A DNA stretch of 64,000 nt from Woeseiaceae bacterium (GCA_041602775.1 JBFIFN010000002.1:64200-128199); one strand, 5' to 3'. Positions 40,638-49,356 are shown, numbered from the stretch's first letter. Program-made: numbers and translations. Notes: generated by a model from the letters alone, not told the origin.

Positions 40638-41902
40638 TTGACGGGCACTCCGCGTGACAGCCGCGGCAATCGGCCGGCGAGCCCCATCGTGTGTTTCGCG
40701 AACAGGGTCCGGACACCCGGCACGAGGTCGAAGCCGAGCATGCCGATGTTGCGCAGTGCGCGCAGCGGCGGCCGTTCGCTGCCGAACAGCCTCACGAGAC
40801 CGTCAGTGAAGCGCACGAGCTTTTTCTGATCGGCGCGACGCCACTCCGCGTAACGCTCCAGCAAGTCCGTCGGATCGAGGACGGGGCCGGAGCACGATTC
40901 CATACCCGAAGCAGCGCTCCGACCCCCATTGGCGGTCTCATCGGCGATGCAGTCGACGATCGCGGCGACGTCGCGCATGCCGAGATTGAAGCCCTGTGCA
41001 GACACGGGGTGTAATCCATGGGCGGCGTTGCCGATGAGTACGCTGCGCGTGGCCGTGAGTCGCAGCGCCCGCGTCAGTGCCAGGGGGTACGCGGCACGTT
41101 TGCCGACGCGCGAGAAAGTGCCGAGACGGTGACCGAATTCGCGCTGCAGCTCCCCGAGGAATGCCACATCGTCGAGCGCCATCACGCGATCGGCGTCGTC
41201 CTCTGACACCGTCCACACGAAACCGGCGCGTCCGTCGGCGACGGGCAGAATCGCGAGGGGGCCTTGCGGCGTAAAGCGCTCGTATGCCACGTTGTTCAGG
41301 GGCTTTTCCGGCAACAGGTTGCCGATCACGGCCCTCTGTCCATAGTCTTTCCGTTCCGCCGTGATGCCCATCATCGAACGCACCGACGACTGCGCGCCGT
41401 CCGCAGCGACGAGCAGGGCACAGTCGAGCTGCTCGCGCTTGTCGTTGCCGAGCTCGATCGTGGCCGTCGCAAGCTCCGTGCCCAGCTCGACCTCCGCGAT
41501 ACGCGCCGGGCAAAAAACCTCGACGCCGTCGACGCGCTCGAGCGCCGTTTGCAATACCTCGCCCAGGACCCGATTGATGACGACGTAGCCAAGCGCTTCG
41601 ACGCCCTGCTCCTCTGCATCGATGTGCGAGAACCCGAAGCGGCCCTGGTCCGATACATGGATGGCGCGTATCGGTGTCGACGCCTCGGCAACTTCGGCCC
41701 ACAGCCCCATGGCCTCGAACATGCGCTGCGTACTCCGCGACAAGGCAGTGGACCGGTCGTCGAAACTGGGTTGCGTCGTGGCCTTGCGGGCTACGGCCTC
41801 GACGACCGCTACACGCAGCCCGAGCGGCGCCAGTGCCAGCGCCAGGCTCGTGCCGATCATGCCGCCACCGGCAATTAGAACGTCGTACTGCCGTTTGTTC
41901 AT
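40634..41902 (-). CDS. ubiH: 2-octaprenyl-6-methoxyphenol hydroxylase
   Basis: Motifs LIAGGGMIG and IGNAAHGLHPVSAQGFNLG. 4-nt overlaps with both neighbours. Confidence 0.85.
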   Translation of the reverse strand: MNKRQYDVLIAGGGMIGTSLALALAPLGLRVAVVEAVARKATTQPSFDDRSTALSRSTQRMFEAMGLWAEVAEASTPIRAIHVSDQGRFGFSHIDAEEQGVEALGYVVINRVLGEVLQTALERVDGVEVFCPARIAEVELGTELATATIELGNDKREQLDCALLVAADGAQSSVRSMMGITAERKDYGQRAVIGNLLPEKPLNNVAYERFTPQGPLAILPVADGRAGFVWTVSEDDADRVMALDDVAFLGELQREFGHRLGTFSRVGKRAAYPLALTRALRLTATRSVLIGNAAHGLHPVSAQGFNLGMRDVAAIVDCIADETANGGRSAASGMESCSGPVLDPTDLLERYAEWRRADQKKLVRFTDGLVRLFGSERPPLRALRNIGMLGFDLVPGVRTLFAKHTMGLAGRLPRLSRGVPVK

Positions 41903-43203
41903 GCGCTGTCCATCAGTGCCTCGATATCGTCCGGATCCCGGGCGAGCCCCTTGCTCAGTATGTCCGGTCCCTTGCTGGTCACGGCTACGTCATCTTCGAT
42001 ACGCACACCGATATTGCGGAATGCCTTCGGTATCTTGCGGAGGTTCGGCAGGTAGATGCCGGGCTCCACGGTCATGACCATGCCCGTCTCCAGCACACGC
42101 CACTCGTCGCCGACCTTGTAGTCGCCGACGTCGTGCACGTCCATGCCGAGCCAGTGGCCCGTGCGGTGCATATAGTACTCCCGGTACGCGCCCTCGCGGA
42201 TGAGTTTTGCCGGCGCACCGTCGAGAAGTCCGAGCTTTTTCAGTCCCCTGGTGATGATGCGTACCGCGGCATCGTGCGGGTCGTTCCAGTGATTCCCCTT
42301 GACGGCCTTCGCGATGGCCGCGGTCTGCGCCTCGAGAACGATCTCGTACACGGCACGCTGCTCCGGGCTGAAGCGCCCATTCACCGGGAAGGTGCGCGAG
42401 ATGTCCGAGGCGTAGTAGTCGAGTTCGCAACCGGCGTCGATCAGCAGCAGGTCGCCGTCCTTGAGCTCGGCGTTGTTGTCCACGTAGTGCAGCGTGCAGG
42501 CATTGGAGCCACCGCCGACGATCGGGTTGTACGACGCCCACGCACCATGGCGCCGGAATTCGTGGCGAAACTCGGCCTCGACCTCGTATTCGTAAAGTCC
42601 GGGCCGCGTCATCCTCATGGCGCGCTGGTGGGCGGCAACGGCAATTCTCGCCGACTTGCGCATGGCCGAAATCTCGGCACGGCTCTTGTAGAGGCGCATG
42701 TCGTGCAACAGGTGATCGAGGGCGACGAATTCCTGCGGCGTATGCAGGCCGCGCGACGAACCCGACCGCAGGGAATTCAACCAGTCGGCAATATGGGCAT
42801 CGAAGTCCGTGTACATGCCCATCGTGTAATACACGCGACTGCAACCCTCGATGAGTCCGGGAATGATGTCGTCGATATCGTCGATCGGGAACGCGTCGTC
42901 GGCGCCGAAACGATCTACGGCCCCCTCCTGCCCGGCGCGGGACCCGTCCCACAGCTCCTTGTCGCGGTTGCGCTCGCGGCAGAACAGCAGGTACTCGCCC
43001 TGCGGCCTGCCGGGCACGATTACGGCGACCGACTCCGGTTCGGTAAACCCCGTCAGGTAATAAAAGTCGCTGTCCTGGCGGTACCGGTACTCGACGTCGC
43101 GACTGCGATTGCGCACCGGCGCGGCCGGCAGGATTGCAATACCGCCGGCCCCGACCATGCGCATCAGCTGTCTGCGTCGGCGTTCGAATTCTGTTGATTT
43201 CAT
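41899..43203 (-). CDS. pepP: Xaa-Pro aminopeptidase
   Basis: Metal-ligand contexts DGDLLLIDAG, HRTGHWLGMDVHD, EPGIY and IRIEDD. Confidence 0.93.
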   Translation of the reverse strand: MKSTEFERRRRQLMRMVGAGGIAILPAAPVRNRSRDVEYRYRQDSDFYYLTGFTEPESVAVIVPGRPQGEYLLFCRERNRDKELWDGSRAGQEGAVDRFGADDAFPIDDIDDIIPGLIEGCSRVYYTMGMYTDFDAHIADWLNSLRSGSSRGLHTPQEFVALDHLLHDMRLYKSRAEISAMRKSARIAVAAHQRAMRMTRPGLYEYEVEAEFRHEFRRHGAWASYNPIVGGGSNACTLHYVDNNAELKDGDLLLIDAGCELDYYASDISRTFPVNGRFSPEQRAVYEIVLEAQTAAIAKAVKGNHWNDPHDAAVRIITRGLKKLGLLDGAPAKLIREGAYREYYMHRTGHWLGMDVHDVGDYKVGDEWRVLETGMVMTVEPGIYLPNLRKIPKAFRNIGVRIEDDVAVTSKGPDILSKGLARDPDDIEALMDSA

Positions 43204-43763
43204 TGGTCTTCTGCGTGCCGAATCTCGGCGAGTTCCTCGTAGGCGAGCTGCGCGGCCACGCGCATGTATTCGACGATCTCAGCATACGCTGCTTCGTTGG
43301 TTTCAGTATCGCTTTCCTCGTCCACCGCGGCACGCGTGATCTGCAGCATGTCACCGATGATATCGGCGAGCGGTTCGGCCGCAAGACGCTCCTTCAGTGC
43401 CGCCTCGTGCCTGGCGGAGACGAGCCCGTGCAGGAATCCTTCGCACCAGTGTGCCATCGCCCGGGTGCGCTGCCTGGCGCCCTCGGCGTCATCGGGCAGC
43501 AGGGGAGAAAAGTCGGACAGACGCTCCGACAATTGCCAATAGGTGCCCTGGTACAGCGCGTCAAGCTTCTTGCGGCACTCGAGCTGCAGGGCATCGTCGT
43601 CGTTTGTACCTTCGAGCACCTGCAACAGCCAGTCCGGCCCTGCCGGAACGCCGGCCACGGCGAGGCGGCCGGTCAGCAGTCCATGTGCCTGCGCGGCGTC
43701 CCAGCTCGCGCCGCAGCGCCGTAACGCCTCATCGACGTCGTCGAAGGCGACTTTTTCATCCAT
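43200..43763 (-). CDS. ygfB: UPF0149/YgfB family protein
   Basis: 187-aa acidic protein with family-typical ..AHGLLTG.. and ..HWCEGFLHG.. Lies upstream of pepP. Confidence 0.85.
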   Translation of the reverse strand: MDEKVAFDDVDEALRRCGASWDAAQAHGLLTGRLAVAGVPAGPDWLLQVLEGTNDDDALQLECRKKLDALYQGTYWQLSERLSDFSPLLPDDAEGARQRTRAMAHWCEGFLHGLVSARHEAALKERLAAEPLADIIGDMLQITRAAVDEESDTETNEAAYAEIVEYMRVAAQLAYEELAEIRHAEDQ

Positions 43764-43813
43764 TCAATTGCCCATGCTTTTCAATTTCGCGAAACCCTAC
43801 TATATTTGCCCGT

Positions 43814-44044
43814 ATGGCTGAGAACATCAATGCGACCTTCGAGCACGAATTAAAGCGCCTCGAGAAACGCGTGGACGCCCTGGTTCGCGTGTGCGACCAG
43901 TTGCAGGATGAGAATCGTTCCCTCAAGCAACGGCAGGATGCGCTAACCTCGGAGCGCGCGAGCCTGCTGCAGAAGAACGAGCAGGTGCGCGCCCGGGTCG
44001 AAGCCATGATCGGTCGCCTCAAGGCGATGGAACAGGGCTCCTGA
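43814..44044 (+). CDS. Small coiled-coil protein (ZapB-like/TIGR02449-type) preceding zapA
   Basis: The ATG at 43814 gives a 76-aa heptad-rich product (..LEKRVDALVRVCDQLQDENRSLKQRQDALTSERASLLQKNEQVRARVEAMIGRLK..). The long 43397 start overlaps ygfB antisense and is rejected. Confidence 0.75.
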   Translation: MAENINATFEHELKRLEKRVDALVRVCDQLQDENRSLKQRQDALTSERASLLQKNEQVRARVEAMIGRLKAMEQGS

Positions 44045-44088
44045 CGGTAGCCCGGATGTAACCCGACCAGGCAAACGGAGAAGGCCGT

Positions 44089-44403
44089 ATGAGTCAACAA
44101 ATTGCGCAGGTGAGCGTCCGCATTCTCGACAAGGAATACCAGGTTGCCTGCCCAGCCGGCGAACGAACCGACCTTCTCGACTCCGCGGAAGTCCTCAATG
44201 CGAAGATGCGCGAAATCCGCGATTCGGGGCGCATCGTCGGCCTGGACCGCATTGCCGTCATGGCGGCGCTCAACATGGCGAATGACCTGATTCACGCCAA
44301 GGCGCGTGACCAGCAGCTCGAAGGCGACATCAGCGCACGACTCAAGTCTATTTCTGACCGGGTGGACAGCGTTCTCAGCAGCACGCAAGCCCTCGACTTG
44401 TAA
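44089..44403 (+). CDS. zapA: Cell division protein ZapA
   Basis: 104 aa. Motifs VSVRILDKEYQVACPAGE and IAVMAALNMANDL. Confidence 0.9.
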   Translation: MSQQIAQVSVRILDKEYQVACPAGERTDLLDSAEVLNAKMREIRDSGRIVGLDRIAVMAALNMANDLIHAKARDQQLEGDISARLKSISDRVDSVLSSTQALDL

Positions 44404-44427
44404 TACCTACATCAGGCACGATATCCA

Positions 44428-44625
44428 CATTGGCGCTTCCTGCGGTGTTCGATACCGACCTGGATACCTTTCGACCCTAAATCATTACCTCGGGGTCGTG
44501 TTCTGTCGGCAGCATTTGAGCAGGGCCGTTTCGACGGTAAGCCTGTTGCGGCCACGGCTGACCCCACCTGTTGCTCTGGTTCGAGAGCGACGGCTCGGTA
44601 ACGGCACAGGCGGGAAGCGCCTCCT
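44428..44625 (+). ncRNA. ssrS: 6S RNA (candidate)
   Basis: Canonical zapA-ssrS-ygfA position. A ~190-nt non-coding segment whose ends form a 12-bp closing stem (GGCGCTTCCTGC at 44432-44443 pairs with GCGGGAAGCGCC at 44610-44621). Further imperfect pairing follows (TACCGA/TCGGTA, GGGGTC/GACCCC), giving a long interrupted duplex. Confidence 0.6.
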
Positions 44626-44642
44626 TCCCCGGCAACCGCTGC

Positions 44643-45206
44643 ATGGTTGAGTCGATCCGTTCGCAGCGCGAGTACGCCCTCAGCGCCCGTCGCAACATGA
44701 CCGCCGGAGCGCGTGCGCGGGCTTCCGAAATTATCTGCGATCGCGTTTGCTCGACCCGCGCCTGGTATGCGAGCGACTCACTGGCGTGCTTCCTGCCCAT
44801 GCAGGACGAGGTCGATACACGAGAAATCATCGAAAGAAGTTGGCGCGCAAACAAGCGCGTTTTCGTCCCGGTTTTGCGCGCCAGTGCCGAAATGGCGTTT
44901 TGCGAGATGGCGCCCGACACGGAACTCGAACGCAACCAGTTCGGAATCTGGGAGCCCGTGCGCGGCTTCTTGATCAATGCGCGACTTCTCGATTTGGTCG
45001 TGACGCCGACGGTCGCTTACGACAGCTCTTGCAATCGTATCGGCATGGGGAGCGGCTACTACGATCGTTGTTTTGCCCATCTTCGCTATCGCCGCCATTG
45101 GGTTCGGCCGAAACTGATAGGCGTAGCGTTCCAATGTCAGGAAGTCGAGAAAATCGAGCCAAATCCTTGGGATATACGGCTTTATCGGGTTATTTCAGAC
45201 GCGTGA
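44643..45206 (+). CDS. ygfA: 5-formyltetrahydrofolate cyclo-ligase
   Basis: ATG at 44643. Motifs VFVPVL and GMGSGYYDR. Synteny downstream of zapA/6S RNA. Confidence 0.88.
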   Translation: MVESIRSQREYALSARRNMTAGARARASEIICDRVCSTRAWYASDSLACFLPMQDEVDTREIIERSWRANKRVFVPVLRASAEMAFCEMAPDTELERNQFGIWEPVRGFLINARLLDLVVTPTVAYDSSCNRIGMGSGYYDRCFAHLRYRRHWVRPKLIGVAFQCQEVEKIEPNPWDIRLYRVISDA

Positions 45207-45521
45207 TCGGATCGTTTTTCCTCCAAAAAGAACCCGACCTTCCGTCCCGCGTGGCATTCGAAAAGCGTGTCTCGAGTCATCTCGACATTCCGTTTGGAAG
45301 GTGACTTTCCTGGCAAGACGGATTCATTTTTCGATGCAATTCCGGCTCGTCAAAGTGACGTTGCAACTCGCATGAGGACTTCGCGTATCGCAATCGCAAA
45401 GTGCGCAGTGAAACGTCGCAATGCAGAGACAGTTTCATGCGAGTTTTATGCGCGCTAACTTGCTGGATTTTTTGAGATTGATGCGTATACTCAAGCGCGG
45501 GTACCCGACACGGAGAAAACT

Positions 45522-46052
45522 ATGGCTACCAAAAAGAAGTCTCGTAAAAAAGCTTCGAAGCGCAAAGTCGCCAAGAAGCGTAAAGTAGTACGCAAGAAAG
45601 CAACGAAGCGGCCGGCTAAGAAGAGGGTCGCTAAACGCAAGACCAAGAAGAAAGCTGCTAAGAAAAAGGCGAAGAAGAAAGTCGCCAAGCGCAAGACTAA
45701 GAAGAAAGCGTCCAAGAGGAAGGCGAAGAAGAAAGTCGCCAAGCGCAAGACCAAGAAGAAAGCCAAGAAGAAGGCTAAGAAAAAGGTAGCCAAGCGCAAG
45801 ACCAAGAAGAAAGCTAAGAAGAAGGTAGCCAAGCGCAAGACCAAGAAAAAGGCGAAAAAGAAAGCAGCTAAACGGAAAACGAAGAAGAAGGCGAAAAAGA
45901 AAGTAGCCAAACGCAAGACCAAGAAGAAAGCTACTAAGAAGAAAGCTACGAAGCGCAAGGCGAAGAAGAGACCCGCCAAGCGCAAGACGAAAAAGAAGGC
46001 TACCAAGCGGAAGGCCACGAGGAAGAAGTCGTCCCGCAGAAAGAGACGGTAG
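45522..46052 (+). CDS. Lys/Ala-rich histone-H1-like repeat protein
   Basis: 176 aa, 93 of which are Lys by my count, with no Asp/Glu. Reiterated VAKRKTKKKA(K/S/T)K(K/R)KAKKK units. GGAGAA upstream of the ATG. A terminator array lies downstream. Confidence 0.8.
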   Translation: MATKKKSRKKASKRKVAKKRKVVRKKATKRPAKKRVAKRKTKKKAAKKKAKKKVAKRKTKKKASKRKAKKKVAKRKTKKKAKKKAKKKVAKRKTKKKAKKKVAKRKTKKKAKKKAAKRKTKKKAKKKVAKRKTKKKATKKKATKRKAKKRPAKRKTKKKATKRKATRKKSSRRKRR

Positions 46053-46097
46053 CTGGACCGTAGCTTGAGGAAGAAGCCTTCTTCCCAAGCCAGCAAA

Positions 46098-46222
46098 GGG
46101 CCCGTCTCGACGGGCCCTTTCTGTTGTGAGGGGGCCCGTCTCGACGGGCCCTTTCTGTTGTGAGGGGGCCCGTCTCGACGGGCCCTTTTTCTTGTAAGGG
46201 GCCTGCCTCGGCGGGCCCTTAC
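46098..46222 (+). terminator. Tandem array of four GC-rich hairpins (34-nt period) downstream of the H1-like gene
   Basis: GGGCCCGTCTCGACGGGCCCTTTCTGTTGTGAGG occurs three times (C of GCCC at 46101, 46135, 46169). A degenerate fourth copy GGGGCCTGCCTCGGCGGGCCCTT follows. Each stem is followed by a T-run. Confidence 0.75.
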
Positions 46223-46290
46223 CGTTGCGGCGACCGGACTGAGTACTGGCTCACGTGCAATTCGGCGCAATTTGACTATAGTACGCATCT

Positions 46291-46950
46291 ATGGACGCCA
46301 CCGAGAAGAAACGCGCCGCCGCGAAAGCTGCGCTAGAATTCATCCAGCCCGGCACCAAGCTCGGAATCGGCACCGGCTCTACGGTCAACTGCCTGATCGA
46401 CATACTCCCCCAGGTCCGCGATTACATCGACTGCATCGTGTCGAGTTCCAAAGCGTCGACCACGTTGCTCGAGGAATCGGGATTCGAGGTGTCGACGCTG
46501 AACGAAACCGGTGACCTGGACCTGTATATCGACGGTGCGGATGAAAGCAACAAGCGCCTGGAACTCATCAAGGGCGGCGGTGGCGCGCTGACTCGCGAGA
46601 AAGTGCTTGCCGGTGCGTCGCGGCGATTCATCTGCATCATTGACGATTCCAAGCTCGTCGGCATGCTCGGCACTTTTCCGCTGCCGATCGAGGTGCTCCC
46701 CATGGCCCAGGAGTTCGTATCGCGGCGCATGCTGAAAATGCGAGGCCAGCCGCTCTGGCGTGAAGGATTCGTCACCGACAATGGGAATCACATTCTCGAC
46801 GTCCACGACCTGCAGATCGCCAACCCGATCGACATGGAAGCGCGCATCAATCGCATCCCCGGGGTGGTCACGGTGGGTATTTTCGCCCATCGGCCCGCCG
46901 ACATCCTGCTGATAGCCGGCGACGCAGGCGTGCGGGAAATGCGAACCTGA
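46291..46950 (+). CDS. rpiA: Ribose-5-phosphate isomerase A
   Basis: Motifs GIGTGST, DGADE and KGGGGALTREK. Confidence 0.95.
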   Translation: MDATEKKRAAAKAALEFIQPGTKLGIGTGSTVNCLIDILPQVRDYIDCIVSSSKASTTLLEESGFEVSTLNETGDLDLYIDGADESNKRLELIKGGGGALTREKVLAGASRRFICIIDDSKLVGMLGTFPLPIEVLPMAQEFVSRRMLKMRGQPLWREGFVTDNGNHILDVHDLQIANPIDMEARINRIPGVVTVGIFAHRPADILLIAGDAGVREMRT

Positions 46951-46954
46951 CACC

Positions 46955-48658
46955 GTGAGCCGGGTCTTTCTTGTCGCGGCCCTGCTTGGGGCCGTAGCCT
47001 GTTCGCCCTCGTCGGAGATGCCAAAGGGCGATCTCGCCTTCGTCAATGGGCGCGTCTACACCGTGGACGAATCGAGGCCCTGGGCCGAAGCCGTCGTGGT
47101 GCGCAATGATACGATCATCTATGTCGGTGACGAGGCCGGCGCGATGCCGTACACGGGGCCGGATACCCTGGTGCGAGACGTCGGCGGCAGGCTGATGCTG
47201 CCGGGCTTCGTCGAAGCCCACATGCATTTCGTTTCTTCGGGGTCGATCGCCGACGTCCTCGAGCTCAACATAGGACAGTCCGTCGACGAGTGGATAGCGG
47301 CGATTGCCGCCTATGCGGCGGCGAATCCCACCCTTCCAGTGTTGTTCGGTTACGGGTTCATCGCGTCGGCATTTGGCGATGCCGGGCCGCACCGCAACCT
47401 CATCGATGCAGTGGTGCCGGACCGTCCCGTCATTATCATGGATGAGGGCTGGCACACCGCATGGCTCAATTCCGCTGCCCTCGAGGTCCTGAACGTCACG
47501 CAGGATACGCAGGACCCCGTTCCCGGATATGCGTACTACGCGCGCGATGAAAACGGTGACGCCACCGGATTTCTTCTCGAGGACGTCGCCGCGCACGCCG
47601 CCGAGGTCCTGTACCCCGTCACCGAGGAACGGGTCGTCGACGGGCTCGGCGTGATGACGGACATCATGAATAGCATGGGGATTACGACTGCATTCGACGC
47701 CTCGGCGATGGAATTCGACAAGGATTTCGTCAAGCAGGTGCTCGATCGAGTGGCGCAGCGGGGCGAGTTGACTGTGCGGGTCTTCGGCGCTGCGGCCACC
47801 TACTCGGTCGACGAAGTCGATCTGGCTGTCGAGCGTGCCGTCGAATGGGGTGAGCACGTCCGGGGAAACGGCTTTCACTACAACGCGCTGAAGATCTTCA
47901 GTGATGGAACCCTGGAAGCCAGGACAGCGGCCATGTTCGAGGACTACCAGGGCGACCCGGGCAACTCGGGGCATACCGTGTTTTCGGAGGCCCAGCTTAC
48001 GGCCATGATCACCGACGCCGCTTCGCGGAACATCGACGTACACGTGCATGCGCTCGGCGAGCGCGCGGTCCACGAAGCGCTGAACGCCATCAGCGTCGCT
48101 CGCACCGGCCACGCAGGGAGCACGACGAATTACGTGCTGATCCATATCGAGGTGATTGCCGACGAGGATATCCCGCGGTTTGCCGAGCTCGGTGTCTTTG
48201 CCCAGACATCGCCGCTCTGGTTTGCCTACGATAACCACGGTCAGCAATTCGTCAGCGACGACCAGTTCCAGCGCTACTGGCCGGTCCGCAGCCTCGAGCG
48301 CGAGGGCGCCCGCCTCGCATTCGGTAGCGATTTTCCTGCAACGGGTCTAGGCATTGCGGGGCTGAGCCCGCTACTGAACATCGAGATCGGGCACACGCGG
48401 CAGAATCCGGGTGAACCTGGCGCCCCTGTTCAACCGCGCGCCAGCGAGCGCCTGAGCCTGGAGTCATTGATACGGGGCTACACGCTCGGTCCGGCGCAGA
48501 TGCTGCACATGGAAGACCGGATCGGCTCGATCGAGGTCGGCAAGAAGGCCGACCTCGTCGTGCTGGACCAGGACATCTTCGCCATCGACGCTTACTCGAT
48601 TCACGAGACCGAGGTCGTGCTGACCGTCATGGACGGCAAAATCGTGCACGAGCGGTAA
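46955..48658 (+). CDS. Amidohydrolase-family (YtcJ-like) lipoprotein
   Basis: GTG start 4 nt after rpiA. Lipobox LLGAVAC. Metal motif VEAHMHF. Large amidohydrolase_3-like body. Confidence 0.82.
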   Translation: MSRVFLVAALLGAVACSPSSEMPKGDLAFVNGRVYTVDESRPWAEAVVVRNDTIIYVGDEAGAMPYTGPDTLVRDVGGRLMLPGFVEAHMHFVSSGSIADVLELNIGQSVDEWIAAIAAYAAANPTLPVLFGYGFIASAFGDAGPHRNLIDAVVPDRPVIIMDEGWHTAWLNSAALEVLNVTQDTQDPVPGYAYYARDENGDATGFLLEDVAAHAAEVLYPVTEERVVDGLGVMTDIMNSMGITTAFDASAMEFDKDFVKQVLDRVAQRGELTVRVFGAAATYSVDEVDLAVERAVEWGEHVRGNGFHYNALKIFSDGTLEARTAAMFEDYQGDPGNSGHTVFSEAQLTAMITDAASRNIDVHVHALGERAVHEALNAISVARTGHAGSTTNYVLIHIEVIADEDIPRFAELGVFAQTSPLWFAYDNHGQQFVSDDQFQRYWPVRSLEREGARLAFGSDFPATGLGIAGLSPLLNIEIGHTRQNPGEPGAPVQPRASERLSLESLIRGYTLGPAQMLHMEDRIGSIEVGKKADLVVLDQDIFAIDAYSIHETEVVLTVMDGKIVHER

Positions 48659-48681
48659 GCCTGCGACCCGGCGCGGCCGCT

Positions 48682-49356
48682 CTAGTCGATGACGCGCCGA
48701 TAATCTTTGAACTCGATGGTCTGCTCCTCGTCCAGTCTCATGACGAGCATCGCCCTGCCCTTCACTTTCGTGTGGACGACCGCCGGCAGCACGGCGCTGC
48801 CGTCAGGCGATGGCGCGAACTCGAGACGTGTATTGAAGGCGTCGAGCTTTACGCCTTTTCCCGGCTTGATCGTCCTGACGTTGCGAAGCTCGATCTTGCG
48901 GACGTAATGACCGTCCTTGGCGACTTCGAGTTGCCCCTCGACGGCTTCCATGAATTCTCGTTCATCATCTGTATCCGCCCGGGGACGGAATTTGAATAGC
49001 CACCGCTCACCTGTTTCGTCGATCAGCTCAAGGCTGCCGGGTGACACCATCGACCGATCTTCATCGTCGTCGTCATCGTCTTCCTGCCGTTCGTCGCGCT
49101 CGGACAGGAAGGCTTCGCGCTCTTTAGGGCCCGGCTCTCGCGCGTCGACTGTCAATAACTCCCAGGGCTGCTGCCTTCGCGGGTCGTGGGTCGCAACGTA
49201 GATTCCTTCTGCGCTAGTCTCGGTTCTCGTAAATGCCCAGTGCTGCCGAACCCCGGTCTCGACCGCGTCGAATGCGCGCTCAACCAGTTCCTCGTGGGTC
49301 TCTGCATGAGAGGCGCTCGAGGCGAGAACAAGCATTGCAGCAACTAGTCGTTTCAT
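48682..49356 (-). CDS. Hypothetical secreted protein with central poly-acidic tract
   Basis: Signal peptide MKRLVAAMLVLASSASHA. DERQEDDDDDDEDRS tract. No family recognised. Confidence 0.65.
   Translation of the reverse strand: MKRLVAAMLVLASSASHAETHEELVERAFDAVETGVRQHWAFTRTETSAEGIYVATHDPRRQQPWELLTVDAREPGPKEREAFLSERDERQEDDDDDDEDRSMVSPGSLELIDETGERWLFKFRPRADTDDEREFMEAVEGQLEVAKDGHYVRKIELRNVRTIKPGKGVKLDAFNTRLEFAPSPDGSAVLPAVVHTKVKGRAMLVMRLDEEQTIEFKDYRRVID

Noticed and set aside
46098-46222. Possible CRISPR array (regular 34-nt periodicity with palindromic repeats).
   Set aside because: The copies abut with no unique spacers, since the whole 34-nt unit is repeated. There are only about four units and no cas genes. 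The structure is that of terminator hairpins with T-runs.
45435-46288. Minus-strand ORFs 45435..46088 (217 aa) and 45491..46288 (265 aa), giving Leu/Phe/Ala-rich repeat proteins.
   Set aside because: They are the antisense reading of the AAG-rich repeats of the H1-like gene. The plus-strand gene has an SD (GGAGAA), an ATG and downstream terminators. The minus-strand ORFs would have to read through the four hairpins.
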